A stretch of DNA of 64,000 nucleotides from a bacterium (GTDB lineage: Bacteria; SAR324; NAC60-12), in NCBI GenBank assembly GCA_965233585.1, contig CBDDTI010000747.1, positions 800,001 through 864,000 on the forward strand. The letters run 5' to 3'. Every line of letters begins with the position of its first letter. Position 1 is the stretch's first letter. The position numbers and the translations under genes were made by a program. The notes below the pieces were generated by a model. That model was not told the origin of the DNA and ran no database searches. It saw nothing but the letters and a program-made list of their open reading frames with translations. Shown one piece after another: positions 46,541 to 56,499 of the stretch.

Positions 46541-47806
46541 CTACATGCTAATTTTCCAGAGTTGTCCGTCGCTGACAAAATACAGATTGCCTTGAAACAC
46601 AGCTGACGAGTAGAAGTCCCAAGATTTGTTAACGTTTGAATTGAGAACCCCTGCTTCTGCCCAGTTCTGCCCGTCTTTTGAAAACCAAATTCGTCCTCCC
46701 GTGTGACGTTCATTTCGGTCTAATCCTCCAATGACCCAAAGCCTGCCATTAAAGGTCTCTGTTGCATGTTGCATCACACCGACAGGAAGGTTTCCTTCTT
46801 TGTTCCAACTTTGACCATCAGCAGAAGACCAGACACCAGTTGCAGCTAAGTTTCCAGACCCACGTTCATAGGTAACCCCTCCAACAACCCACATTTTTTC
46901 TTGGAACACGACTGCGTCAAACTCCCATCTTGGTCTCCAACCAGCATTTGCTGTTGCTAGCGTCCAGCTGATACCATCAGCAGAAGACCAGACGTCTGTG
47001 TGCGCACCAACTGCCGCCCTTCCACCAAGCACCCAGAGCTTGTCCTTAAAAAAGACTGCCGCTGAAGACTTCCGTTTTGTAAACCCACTGGCAGCACCAT
47101 CAGCACGTACTCTAGTCCACGTTTTGCCATCGCTAGACTTGTAAACGTCATTGGCAGCAGAAACATACCCACCGAGACGGTAAGCATTGGCAAAGCTCCA
47201 AAAAGTTGTTCCATCATAAACGACAGGATGCTCATCGGCTCTGGGGTAGCCAGTCAAGGTGACCTGACTCCAATTCTTTCCATCAGCAGAAGAATGCACT
47301 TCATTTTGGTCCATGTAGAACAACTTGTTTTCTGTGGCAATTAAATTTTGTTGATTGTTGATGTCTGTTGGGAGGTCGTCAGCAATTTTTGTCACCTTGA
47401 CAGCAGGTGCTTGGATTTGAAAACTGACTTCAGCAGAGACATCTTTGACGCTGGCATCAATTTTTAAACTCCCCTTGCGTTCAAAAAAGACATCAATACT
47501 TCCCCCAAAACTTTCTTGATTTGGAATCACCAACCTCATCACACCCCCAGAACCTTTGACACCACTAAACTTGAGGTTTGCCAGACGTTCACTATATTCA
47601 AACTCAAGTACACTTCCTTGAAGAGAAGAAGGCACTGTGCAAATAAATTCTACCTTGCCAAACTCTCCTACAACAGCTTGACCTTTTGTTGTTAGCTCAC
47701 AACCTGCCTGCAAATCCTTTGCAACAGAAGAATCTTCTTTTCCGCTATTGCAACCAACAACAGCCAGCAAAACTGCAGCCACCAAACCGATTTTCTTTGC
47801 TTCCAT
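46541..47806 (-). CDS. Lipoprotein with Kelch-like/Asp-box beta-propeller
   Basis: Lipobox VVGC; repeated LWVxGG...DVWSSxDGxxW; AGGAG RBS. Confidence 0.85.
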   Translation of the reverse strand: MEAKKIGLVAAVLLAVVGCNSGKEDSSVAKDLQAGCELTTKGQAVVGEFGKVEFICTVPSSLQGSVLEFEYSERLANLKFSGVKGSGGVMRLVIPNQESFGGSIDVFFERKGSLKIDASVKDVSAEVSFQIQAPAVKVTKIADDLPTDINNQQNLIATENKLFYMDQNEVHSSADGKNWSQVTLTGYPRADEHPVVYDGTTFWSFANAYRLGGYVSAANDVYKSSDGKTWTRVRADGAASGFTKRKSSAAVFFKDKLWVLGGRAAVGAHTDVWSSADGISWTLATANAGWRPRWEFDAVVFQEKMWVVGGVTYERGSGNLAATGVWSSADGQSWNKEGNLPVGVMQHATETFNGRLWVIGGLDRNERHTGGRIWFSKDGQNWAEAGVLNSNVNKSWDFYSSAVFQGNLYFVSDGQLWKISM

Positions 47807-47973
47807 TAAAGTCTCCTAAATTTAAGAATGAAAAGGGGACATTCTACTCTTGACTTGGTCAAATTGCAAACTTTTATTTGTGATTGAATCAAAAAACAGA
47901 GTCAAGACCTGATTCTTAGCTTTAGTTTTTATCAAAGAAATTACAATGAGATTATGATAACCTGTTATGGTTT

Positions 47974-49716
47974 TTGACAATAGATTTGGTTTCGTTTATG
48001 ACCCATTGGCATCTTTTACTTCAATTTTTTAATTACAGTCGTTCTCAATGGAAGTGGGGAATCATCGGTTTGTTTGCCCTGCCTATCTCTTTGTTTTGTG
48101 CCATGATTTTACCTTGGCTCATTGTGGAGGCAGTGGATTCTTACATTGCGGTTGGAGACCTTGAAGGTTTATACCGCATTGTTGGCTTCATCTTTTTAGC
48201 AGTTGTTGGCGGTTATTTGTGCGATGGAGCTTACACTTACTCTTTTCAAGTCATTGCCCGTCATGCGATTACAGAAGTCAGAGAAAAGCTGTTTGAACAT
48301 GTGTTGAGGCTACCAAGGTCTTATTATGATTATCATCCTGTTGGATTGCTTTTGTCCCGTTTGACATCTGACACAGAAGCGGTTGAAGATGCCTTTTCTT
48401 CAGGTGTGATGACCACAATTCCTGATGCACTCAAGGCATTGTTATTGCTGGCAACTTTGTTTTTGTTAAGCTGGGAACTGACCCTTGCTTGCTTGCTGAT
48501 TGTTCCCCCTGTCGCATTGGTTCTTCATCTTTTAAGAAAACGTTTAAAGCAGGTGTATGATGATGCTCGTGAGGCATTGGCTAAATCTATGGCGTTTTTG
48601 CAAGAGTGTCTCAATGGAATGCAGACGATTAGGATTTATTCTGCAGAAGCCAAGACGGTGAGGCAGTATTCTGAAAAAAATCGGCAGTTTCTTCATTGGC
48701 AGAAGCAAGCGAACATTGGGGAGGCGATTCTGTTTTCAACGGTGGAAGGTGTGACCATCATTGCAGTTGGCATCATTCTGTGGGTAGGGTCTTATTCCAT
48801 CGTAGAAGGTTCTTTAAGCGTTGGGGTCATCATCAGCTTTTTAAACACATTGCACCGAATCTTCACACCTGTACGCGAAATCACACAGCATCTTTCTACC
48901 ATTCAAAGAGCTTTTGCATCTTTGCGTCAAATTGATAAGCTATTCAAGGAAGAGGCAGAAGAGGCTCAAGTCAGCCTTCCTTTGCAAATGATTGAACCTT
49001 TTGAGTCCCTTGAGTTCCAAAATGTCTGTTTCCGCTACAGTGAGGGTAAGCCTTATGTTTTAAACAATGTTTCTTTTTCTTTAAGTCAAGGTCAAAGTAT
49101 TGCCATTGTCGGTTCAACTGGCTCTGGGAAGTCCACCATCTTTCGCTTGATGACTCGGCTTTATGACAACTATGAAGGCTCTATTTTGCTCAATGGACAA
49201 GAACTTTCTACAATCTCAAGGCATCAAATCCGCTCCATGATGACTTTGATGCAACAAGATTCTTACCTTTTCAATGAAACAGTTGGTTTTAACATTGGTC
49301 TTGGTCGCGTTGGGAGTCAAGAGGTTGACAAAGCAGCTAAGCAATCTCTGGCATACAGCTTTATCAAAGAGTTACCAAATGCGTATGATTTTATGGTGGA
49401 GGAACACGGAAGCAACCTTTCAGTTGGTCAAGCACAGCTGATTACTTTTGCCAAAGCCATTGCGAAAGAAACAGATTTGATTTTGTTAGATGAGGCAACT
49501 AGCTCTATTGATTCATTGACAGAACAATTAATTCAAGATGCCACAACAAAACTTTTGGAAGGCAAGACTGTGATTGCGATTGCTCATCGTTTAAGCACCA
49601 TTCAGCATTGCGACCTCATTCTTGTCATGGAACAAGGACAGATTGTAGAATCAGGAACACACCACGATTTGCTCAAACAACAAGGAGTTTATGCACAACT
49701 TGCCAAAGATTTATAA
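47974..49716 (+). CDS. ABC exporter, fused permease/ATP-binding protein
   Basis: GSTGSGKST, degenerate signature LSVGQAQ, DEATSSID; alternative ATG at 47998. Confidence 0.92.
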   Translation: MTIDLVSFMTHWHLLLQFFNYSRSQWKWGIIGLFALPISLFCAMILPWLIVEAVDSYIAVGDLEGLYRIVGFIFLAVVGGYLCDGAYTYSFQVIARHAITEVREKLFEHVLRLPRSYYDYHPVGLLLSRLTSDTEAVEDAFSSGVMTTIPDALKALLLLATLFLLSWELTLACLLIVPPVALVLHLLRKRLKQVYDDAREALAKSMAFLQECLNGMQTIRIYSAEAKTVRQYSEKNRQFLHWQKQANIGEAILFSTVEGVTIIAVGIILWVGSYSIVEGSLSVGVIISFLNTLHRIFTPVREITQHLSTIQRAFASLRQIDKLFKEEAEEAQVSLPLQMIEPFESLEFQNVCFRYSEGKPYVLNNVSFSLSQGQSIAIVGSTGSGKSTIFRLMTRLYDNYEGSILLNGQELSTISRHQIRSMMTLMQQDSYLFNETVGFNIGLGRVGSQEVDKAAKQSLAYSFIKELPNAYDFMVEEHGSNLSVGQAQLITFAKAIAKETDLILLDEATSSIDSLTEQLIQDATTKLLEGKTVIAIAHRLSTIQHCDLILVMEQGQIVESGTHHDLLKQQGVYAQLAKDL

Positions 49717-49996
49717 ATCCTTGAGAAGTCTTTTTTTCATGGCGTTCATACAAGCCTGTTCTTCGTCCCCTGCTCTTGATTATGAACGTAGTGAGTATGA
49801 ATTAAGGCAAGATGTTTTGGCAATGAAAAGCCAATGGTTTCAGATGAAATGTATAGGGACAACAGATTTACAATGTGAGGATTTGTTTCAAAAAGGGACA
49901 CAACATTGTTTGAAAAGAACGGGTTATGTTCGTGTCCAGTGTCTCTACCTTGAGCTACATTGTACGCTCTATGGAGGTCGGGCTTGCTGGTACTAA
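49691..49996 (+). CDS. Small Cys-rich hypothetical lipoprotein
   Basis: IQAC lipobox-like motif plus six further Cys. Confidence 0.6.
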   Translation: MHNLPKIYKSLRSLFFMAFIQACSSSPALDYERSEYELRQDVLAMKSQWFQMKCIGTTDLQCEDLFQKGTQHCLKRTGYVRVQCLYLELHCTLYGGRACWY

Positions 49997-50038
49997 ATCA
50001 ATCAAAAAAGGAAAATCAACCGAAAAAGGATAAAGAAA

Positions 50039-50425
50039 ATGCTGTTATTGATCAATGAATTAGATGAATGGATTCCAACATTTGGAAGTGGCTGTAAATC
50101 CGCATATCAAAACTTGAAGAAAGTGATTGCAGATGACCAAGCCCTTCAAAATTTGGATTTACAGACTAGAAAACTGGCTTACGAGAAAGTTGAGAAGATG
50201 AAGGAGATTTACGTCATCTCCCAGTACGGAAGCCTTTTTCGTACAACATTGTCTTTACTGCAAATGTCAATCGCCACCAAACTAGACCAAGACACCTTTG
50301 ATGAGAGTTACCGCGAATTTGTCAGGTGGAATGAAAAACTACCTACCTTTGAACAAAGGAACAAATGGGGAAGACTTGCAGAGTATTTAGTGCAAGAACA
50401 GAGCTTGTCTGATGAGTTAACTTGA
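50039..50425 (+). CDS. Hypothetical protein
   Basis: AAGGA RBS, 128-aa ORF. Confidence 0.7.
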   Translation: MLLLINELDEWIPTFGSGCKSAYQNLKKVIADDQALQNLDLQTRKLAYEKVEKMKEIYVISQYGSLFRTTLSLLQMSIATKLDQDTFDESYREFVRWNEKLPTFEQRNKWGRLAEYLVQEQSLSDELT

Positions 50426-50491
50426 GCCAATCCAATCAACCATCTCAAAGAAGTCAATTTGTCCAAAGAACCATTTGGGCAAATAAAGGAT

Positions 50492-50674
50492 TTATGAGTT
50501 TTCTGTCTGGTCTTTTTTGAGGTCTTGCACGAATTTTTTCAAGCTGACATTTGAGGTATGGAATTGTGAACGTTCCTTTTTTGACAAAGATGCGTACAGT
50601 TTTTTAAGCTGATGACGGGCTTGTCGCTTTGCTTTTTTTCGTTCATTCCTGTCCATGTTTTTTGTGTTAGCCAT
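50492..50674 (-). CDS. Small basic hypothetical protein
   Basis: K/R-rich 60-aa ORF downstream of cyaY. Confidence 0.65.
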   Translation of the reverse strand: MANTKNMDRNERKKAKRQARHQLKKLYASLSKKERSQFHTSNVSLKKFVQDLKKDQTENS

Positions 50675-50731
50675 AGTGTTTCTATTTTGTTGAAAGTTGA
50701 TTAAAAATTATTAGTTTTAGTGTGATTAGCT

Positions 50732-51052
50732 TTAAAAAGTCACATGACGACCCAAGATGACATTCATCATTTGAGAAAAGCTGTCATAAAATTCCTCTTG
50801 TTCTGCTTCTGCATACCAGCATTGCTTATCTTGTAGATACACAAAATGCCGTGCTTTCCCCAAACCTGCCAACCAGATTTCAAAGATTGCACGTTGAGTG
50901 TTAAGCACCACACGTTCAGGGGAGTTTTCAAAAAAAATATCCAACTTGCCATCAGATTTGTGATAATCCACTTCTTCTTCCAATTCATCTAGTGTTTTTT
51001 CAACTCTGGCAAATAACTCTTTTGCGAGACGATGATATTCTTTTTCTTCCAT
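50732..51052 (-). CDS. cyaY: Iron donor CyaY (frataxin family)
   Basis: EYHRLA...DGKLDIFFE...VVLNTQRAIFEIWLA...HF. Confidence 0.8.
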   Translation of the reverse strand: MEEKEYHRLAKELFARVEKTLDELEEEVDYHKSDGKLDIFFENSPERVVLNTQRAIFEIWLAGLGKARHFVYLQDKQCWYAEAEQEEFYDSFSQMMNVILGRHVTF

Positions 51053-51143
51053 TCTTTCCCTTCATGTCTTTTAAAAAACGTATTATTCTATTCCAAAATC
51101 AACAATTTTGTCACTCTATTTTTCACAACTCAAATCAGAATCC

Positions 51144-51671
51144 ATGAAACGATTTTGCATCATTTTTTTATTGTATTTTCCCATGCTTGGCTACTCTGCA
51201 AGCCCTGTTTCGCCCGAAGTTCAATTATACAGGACTTTTGGAACACGTGGCAGTGGCTACAATAGCTTGGCAGCGGGGCTTTCTATTCATCTGTCTTCAG
51301 GCTACAACCAGCCCACTCGCTACTTTCAAATTCTTGGGATTTATGTTCCAGAAGGAATTTTGAGTCTCCGCGATCGTGCTGCAATCTGGCACTTTGAGTC
51401 TCCAGGGTTCGGCTTTGAGATGGCTCTTTACGACGAGCGAGAAATTAGCTCTTACCTCAAAGGAGGTCGGATTGCATTGAGACATTTGGAATGGAAGGAG
51501 ACAAATGAAGGAATTTTTGAAGGTCCTGTCTCTGCCGATGTTTTCCATATTGGCTGGGCGGCAGGACCTGCAATGACGTCTATGCTAGGAATTGAGCTAG
51601 CAACAGTCCACACCCCAAGAGGAAGTTTTTTTGAGGGACATTTGAGTTTTGGAATCCGTTACGGATTTTGA
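51144..51671 (+). CDS. Hypothetical outer-membrane protein
   Basis: Signal peptide; C-terminal beta-signal-like SFGIRYGF. Confidence 0.65.
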   Translation: MKRFCIIFLLYFPMLGYSASPVSPEVQLYRTFGTRGSGYNSLAAGLSIHLSSGYNQPTRYFQILGIYVPEGILSLRDRAAIWHFESPGFGFEMALYDEREISSYLKGGRIALRHLEWKETNEGIFEGPVSADVFHIGWAAGPAMTSMLGIELATVHTPRGSFFEGHLSFGIRYGF

Positions 51672-51672
51672 A

Positions 51673-52842
51673 CTAACCCAAAGCAGAACGTTTGGTCACC
51701 ATGTTATCTGTTTGTGAGACCTCAAAGTTTGTGATGCCTAAATCCGTTACAATTTCTTGCACAACCTCAATGAGACGTTCCATCACCTGCTTGTTAAATG
51801 CACCAATGTTTCCCATGCGAAAGCTGTCAATACAAGTGAGTTTGCCCGGGTAAATGATAAATCCTTTTGCCTTCAAAAGATCATAAAATTGCACAAATTG
51901 AAAATTTGGGTCTTTGGGGCATAGAAAAGTGGTGATGATTGGGGAAAGCCATCTGTCTTCAAGTAAAGTTTGAAAGCCGATGCTTCTCATACCTTGCACC
52001 AGAATTTCAGCGTGCGTTTGGTAACGTTTGAGGCGTGCCTCAAGCCCTCCTTCTTCTTGATAAACTTTCAAAGCCTCCACAAATGCGGCAACGACATGCG
52101 TTGGTGGTGTATAGCGCCATTGCTTCGTTTTTTCCATGTAAATCCATTGGTCATGCAGGTCAAGACTCAATGAATGAGCATTGCCTTTTGCCTTTTCAAT
52201 TTCAGAAATTTGAGTGATAACAAAGCCTGTTCCTGGCACGCCTTCAATACATTTGTTAGATGATGCAATCAACGAATGTAAAGGCAGAGTTCTCAAATCA
52301 ATAGGCAATGCCCCAAACGCACTCATGGCATCAACAATCAAATGTTTGCCATGTTGATGCACCACCGTTGCGATGTCTTCCAATGGATTCAAAATTCCTG
52401 AACTGGTTTCGCAATAGACTAAAAAAACATGAGAAACATCAGGATTGTCTTTTAAAATAGCGTCTATTTCATCAGGCATAGGGGGCAGATAATCTCCTTT
52501 GTCTAACTCTATGATGTCTCTGCCTAAATACTCCAAAATTTTCTTGGCTCGCTGTCCATAAGTGCCATTCATCAAAACAAGGATTTTTGCATCATGGGGA
52601 GTCAAGGAGGCTAATGTCGCCTCTACTGCAAATGTCCCGGGTCCCTGTAACGGAACACACGTATATTTGCCATGACCATGACAAATATCTAAAATTGACA
52701 TTCTGACTTGATGAGTGAGGTTTTGAAAATCAGAATCCCATGAACCCCAGTCTTTCTGCATTGCTTGCTTGACTCGTGGGTGAGTCGTCAATGGTCCGGG
52801 AGTTAAAAGGTAAGGAGAATGAGAAGAGTTTTGAGTTGTCAT
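51673..52842 (-). CDS. phnW: 2-aminoethylphosphonate-pyruvate transaminase
   Basis: LLTPGPLTT, DWGSWD, CETSSGILNP, SSNKCIEGVPG, QWRYTPPTHV, IYPGKLT. Confidence 0.93.
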   Translation of the reverse strand: MTTQNSSHSPYLLTPGPLTTHPRVKQAMQKDWGSWDSDFQNLTHQVRMSILDICHGHGKYTCVPLQGPGTFAVEATLASLTPHDAKILVLMNGTYGQRAKKILEYLGRDIIELDKGDYLPPMPDEIDAILKDNPDVSHVFLVYCETSSGILNPLEDIATVVHQHGKHLIVDAMSAFGALPIDLRTLPLHSLIASSNKCIEGVPGTGFVITQISEIEKAKGNAHSLSLDLHDQWIYMEKTKQWRYTPPTHVVAAFVEALKVYQEEGGLEARLKRYQTHAEILVQGMRSIGFQTLLEDRWLSPIITTFLCPKDPNFQFVQFYDLLKAKGFIIYPGKLTCIDSFRMGNIGAFNKQVMERLIEVVQEIVTDLGITNFEVSQTDNMVTKRSALG

Positions 52843-53095
52843 CGTGCAAACTAATTAAAAAATTGATCAAAAATAGGTTATTATATACCCTGAACTGTAT
52901 GTAACTGAATGCTTTGAAATAAAGAATGAAGTTGTTCCTAAAAAAGAGAGCAACCATCACACCTGCATTGTTCAGTAGAATGATAATGATGCAGATTGGA
53001 TTCAATTTCAAAACATTTCTTAACCATACATTTAGAGATACAGCAAGACTCAATCCATTTTTTGTGATTGATTTAAGGCATTGTCAAAATTTTTT

Positions 53096-54046
53096 ATGAA
53101 TCACCCACCTACTTTTATTTCCTCTGATGCACTTGATGCTTTGATGTCATGGCGAGGGCTTGTGGATTCTTTAGAGTCCGCTCACTGTCTCAACACTGCC
53201 AAACTTGATGACCTATTGCTTGAGCAGGGTTCACAGTCTTTTTTAAATCGTGCCGCTTGGATTGACCAACATAGTCTTGGTCTCAAAACAGTCACCATTT
53301 TTCCTGAAAATTTGAAGCATGGAATACCCTCAGTACAAGGAGTTTTTATTTTGTTTGATGGTCAAACAGGGATTCCACAGGCATTCATTGATGGTGCGGC
53401 GATGACACGTTGGAAGACCGCTGCAGATTCCATACTTGGAGCAAAGCTATTAGCAAGAAAAGATGCCAAAAAATTGCTGATGATTGGTGCTGGCACCATG
53501 GCAAAAACCCTTGTTGAAGCGTTCCCTGAGGTGTTACTAACACTCAAAGAAGTTCAAATTTGGAATCGTACACCCGAACGTGCAAAGCAATTAGTTCAGT
53601 CAGTCAATCGCAATGGACAAAATTGCAATGTCACCGTTGCAAACGATTTAGCACAAGCAGTGCAAGAGGCAGACATCATTTCTTGTGCAACTATGTGTGA
53701 ACAACCTATCCTACAAGGGCGACATCTTCGTCAAGGACAACATATTGATTTGATAGGCTCTTACAACTTAAAAACTCGTGAGGCAGATGACCAAGTGTTG
53801 CAAGTTGGCAAGCTCTTTGTTGATTTAAGACAAACTGCACTAGAAACAGGAGAGTTGTCTCAACCTATACAAAATGGCATCATTTCTAAACAAGACATAC
53901 TAGGTGATTTGTACGATCTTGTCACTCAAAAAGTGGGCAGAAGTGATGATTCAGAAATCACTATTTTTAAAAATGCAGGAGGCGCACACCTTGATTTGAT
54001 GTGTGCCTTGTATGCACTCAAACAAAAGGAATCATTTAAGGAGTAA
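53096..54046 (+). CDS. Ornithine cyclodeaminase/mu-crystallin family imine reductase
   Basis: TRWKTAADS, IGAGTMA, IWNRT, IFKNAGGAHLDL. Confidence 0.88.
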   Translation: MNHPPTFISSDALDALMSWRGLVDSLESAHCLNTAKLDDLLLEQGSQSFLNRAAWIDQHSLGLKTVTIFPENLKHGIPSVQGVFILFDGQTGIPQAFIDGAAMTRWKTAADSILGAKLLARKDAKKLLMIGAGTMAKTLVEAFPEVLLTLKEVQIWNRTPERAKQLVQSVNRNGQNCNVTVANDLAQAVQEADIISCATMCEQPILQGRHLRQGQHIDLIGSYNLKTREADDQVLQVGKLFVDLRQTALETGELSQPIQNGIISKQDILGDLYDLVTQKVGRSDDSEITIFKNAGGAHLDLMCALYALKQKESFKE

Positions 54047-54049
54047 CTG

Positions 54050-54871
54050 ATGAAAAATATTTATCAACAAAAAAACTATCACATTGGATTTGGAACATAC
54101 CCTTTACAAGGGAAAGAGTTGGAAGATGCCTTGTTGTGCGCCTTTAATGTCGGCTATCGTGCCGTTGATACTGCTCAAATGTATGCCAACGAGTCTGATG
54201 TTGCCCGAATCATCAAAAAATCAGGCATTCCTCAACATGAATTTTTTATCACAACCAAAGTCCAGCCCAGTAACTTCCAAGCAGAACGTTTCATTTCTTC
54301 AGTTCAAACAAGCCTGCAAAAGTTAAAAGTAGATGCAGTGGACTGCTTGCTTTTACATTGGCCTCCTGATGGTGGAATGATTCAATCCTCTCTGGAACTT
54401 TTACAAGAAGCCTATCAGAAAGGATTAGCCAAGCATATTGGAGTCAGCAATTACACTGCTGCGATGATGAAACAAGCACAGCAAATCGTTTCTGTGCCAA
54501 TTTGTGTCAATCAAGTAGAGTTTCATCCTTTGCTGAATCAACAAAAACTTTTACAAGCCTCGCAAGAAACACAAATCCCACTTTCTGCCTATTGTCCTGT
54601 GGCTCGTGGTCAGGTCTTTCAATACAGCTTGTTTGACCAGATTGCTCAAAAACACGGTAAATCGTCAGGGCAAGTGGTGCTTCGTTGGATTTTACAAAAA
54701 GGAGTGGTCACTCAAGTCATGTCTTCTAATCCCAAAAACATCAAACTCAATTATCAAATTGATGATTTTGAACTTTCTCAGGAGGACATGCTTACGATTG
54801 ATGAACTGAATCAAGTCAATTTAAGAATTGTAGACCGTCATCTGGTACCTTGGGCGCCAGAGTGGGATTAA
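54050..54871 (+). CDS. Aldo/keto reductase
   Basis: GFGTY, DTAQMYANE, LLHWP, IGVSNY, NQVEFHP. Confidence 0.92.
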   Translation: MKNIYQQKNYHIGFGTYPLQGKELEDALLCAFNVGYRAVDTAQMYANESDVARIIKKSGIPQHEFFITTKVQPSNFQAERFISSVQTSLQKLKVDAVDCLLLHWPPDGGMIQSSLELLQEAYQKGLAKHIGVSNYTAAMMKQAQQIVSVPICVNQVEFHPLLNQQKLLQASQETQIPLSAYCPVARGQVFQYSLFDQIAQKHGKSSGQVVLRWILQKGVVTQVMSSNPKNIKLNYQIDDFELSQEDMLTIDELNQVNLRIVDRHLVPWAPEWD

Positions 54872-56076
54872 ATCACCCCTGCATATTTTTTCAAATAAAG
54901 ATAGGGCGTGGTGAGCTGACCATTGGAACAAAGAGTTGCATTGGCAATGCGTCCGTCATCTTCCCCCAAATAAAAAGGCAACATTTGCGTCAATAGTGAC
55001 TCTCCAAAAAAAGTGGAGGCATCGCATGGGATACAGCTTGGTAGGTTATCTACTGCTGTGATTGTGATGTTTTCGTTTTTAGAAAAAGCAGGGAGTTCTT
55101 TGCCTGTCTGCCTGTCTATGTCATAGGCAATGTTTTCTGAGGTACTTTCACGTAGTGTGGTGGGAATGGGTCCGGGCAGGTCGCATGAAATGTCTGAAAT
55201 GACTGAAATGGGAAAAGTATGAGGATTTGCAATGTCTGACATCTCAAAAAAAACAGGTGAGAGACTATCCCAATAATGTCCTGAAATGTAAACGTCCGAT
55301 GTTTGAGCATATTTGAGAAAACAACTTTGATAATCTGATTTAGGATTGTCAAAAAAATCTTCAGCAACCAAAGGACGACCATCACTTCGTTCCATATAAT
55401 CTTGCACGTCAAGCGAGACAAAAACACCTTGCTCATGTTCTGACAAGTAGCGTTGTGCAGAAACTTGCCTGAATCCTGCTTTTTTCAACACTAAAACGAT
55501 CCCGCTGTTGACTCTTCCCCCGTGACCTGTTGTCATCACACGAGCCTTGATTTTGGGTAATTCTGAAACCACTTGTTCAAGGTGTTTGACTCCTTGCAAC
55601 GTATGAACAGGAGGCAGCTGGAACGTTCCTGTTTTTTTTCCATAGCTTAATAATGCGTTGTATGCCCCCACAATTCCTGCTTCACGTCCGAATGCTGTCA
55701 GTCTTTGTCCGTTGGGTGCAACAAGCATTTCATAGTCAATCATTGTGATTGACTTAGCCAGCAGTGCCTGCATTAATTTTTGATTGTGAGCTTGTTCTTT
55801 AATCGTGTGGGAAAAGAAGGCGTAGGTTTTGTTGGGGATTAAATTTGCGATCGGTACTTCTTTCACACCCAATAGTAAATCGCATGCTGACAAGTCTTCT
55901 TGTAAAGTGACGCCTAAATCTGCATAGGCTTTGTCTGGAAAGCAACGGTTTGGGCTGGGTTGCACTAGCGCTGAAACCCCAAATTTTTCTTGAGCAGCAA
56001 GTGCTTGTTGAGGAGTCAAAGGCACACGAAAATCTGGGGGAACTTTCCCCTCACGTAAAAGACCGATTTGAGTCAT
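54868..56076 (-). CDS. Saccharopine dehydrogenase / lysine-ketoglutarate reductase-like oxidoreductase (AlaDh/PNT fold)
   Basis: REGKVPPDFRVPLTP, GVKEVP, FFSHTIK, DISCD, AVDNLP. Confidence 0.8.
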   Translation of the reverse strand: MTQIGLLREGKVPPDFRVPLTPQQALAAQEKFGVSALVQPSPNRCFPDKAYADLGVTLQEDLSACDLLLGVKEVPIANLIPNKTYAFFSHTIKEQAHNQKLMQALLAKSITMIDYEMLVAPNGQRLTAFGREAGIVGAYNALLSYGKKTGTFQLPPVHTLQGVKHLEQVVSELPKIKARVMTTGHGGRVNSGIVLVLKKAGFRQVSAQRYLSEHEQGVFVSLDVQDYMERSDGRPLVAEDFFDNPKSDYQSCFLKYAQTSDVYISGHYWDSLSPVFFEMSDIANPHTFPISVISDISCDLPGPIPTTLRESTSENIAYDIDRQTGKELPAFSKNENITITAVDNLPSCIPCDASTFFGESLLTQMLPFYLGEDDGRIANATLCSNGQLTTPYLYLKKYAGVI

Positions 56077-56107
56077 AGTTGAATTTTTAAGACAAAATTA
56101 AAAACTG

Positions 56108-56485
56108 TCAGGACTCACCTTGCGTATAGTTTTTTCCCATTTTCCAAAAAAATGAGACAAGGGATTCCCGCACTGGAGGAATCAAAAGTCCTAATCCTAC
56201 AAGGTCACTGATGACTCCAGTCAAAACAAGCGACCCACCTGAAACAAGCAGAAGCAAAGCATCAAGCAGTTCTTCTGTTGGTGGACGCCTTTGCCTTAAT
56301 TCTAAAGCTAAAAGATTCCACAATGAAAAATCCCCGCCCCGCAAAAGAAACAAACCTGCCACTCCAGAAATTCCACACAAGAAAACCACTGTCTGCAAAG
56401 AAGTGCTGAGACTGATTTGTAAAAGAAGCCACAACTCTAAAGACAAGAGTAGAAAGAGTGACATCCAAAACAAACTAAGCATCAT
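56108..56485 (-). CDS. fxsA: FxsA family membrane protein
   Basis: LELWLL...GVISDLVGLGLLIPPVR. Confidence 0.75.
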   Translation of the reverse strand: MMLSLFWMSLFLLLSLELWLLLQISLSTSLQTVVFLCGISGVAGLFLLRGGDFSLWNLLALELRQRRPPTEELLDALLLLVSGGSLVLTGVISDLVGLGLLIPPVRESLVSFFWKMGKNYTQGES

Positions 56486-56499
56486 CTTGAGAAAAATTG

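Noticed and set aside
46328..46606. 92-aa ORF with ICGFADLR repeats
   Set aside because: Translation of the 8-bp microsatellite; its TTG start is the -35 box of a putative promoter
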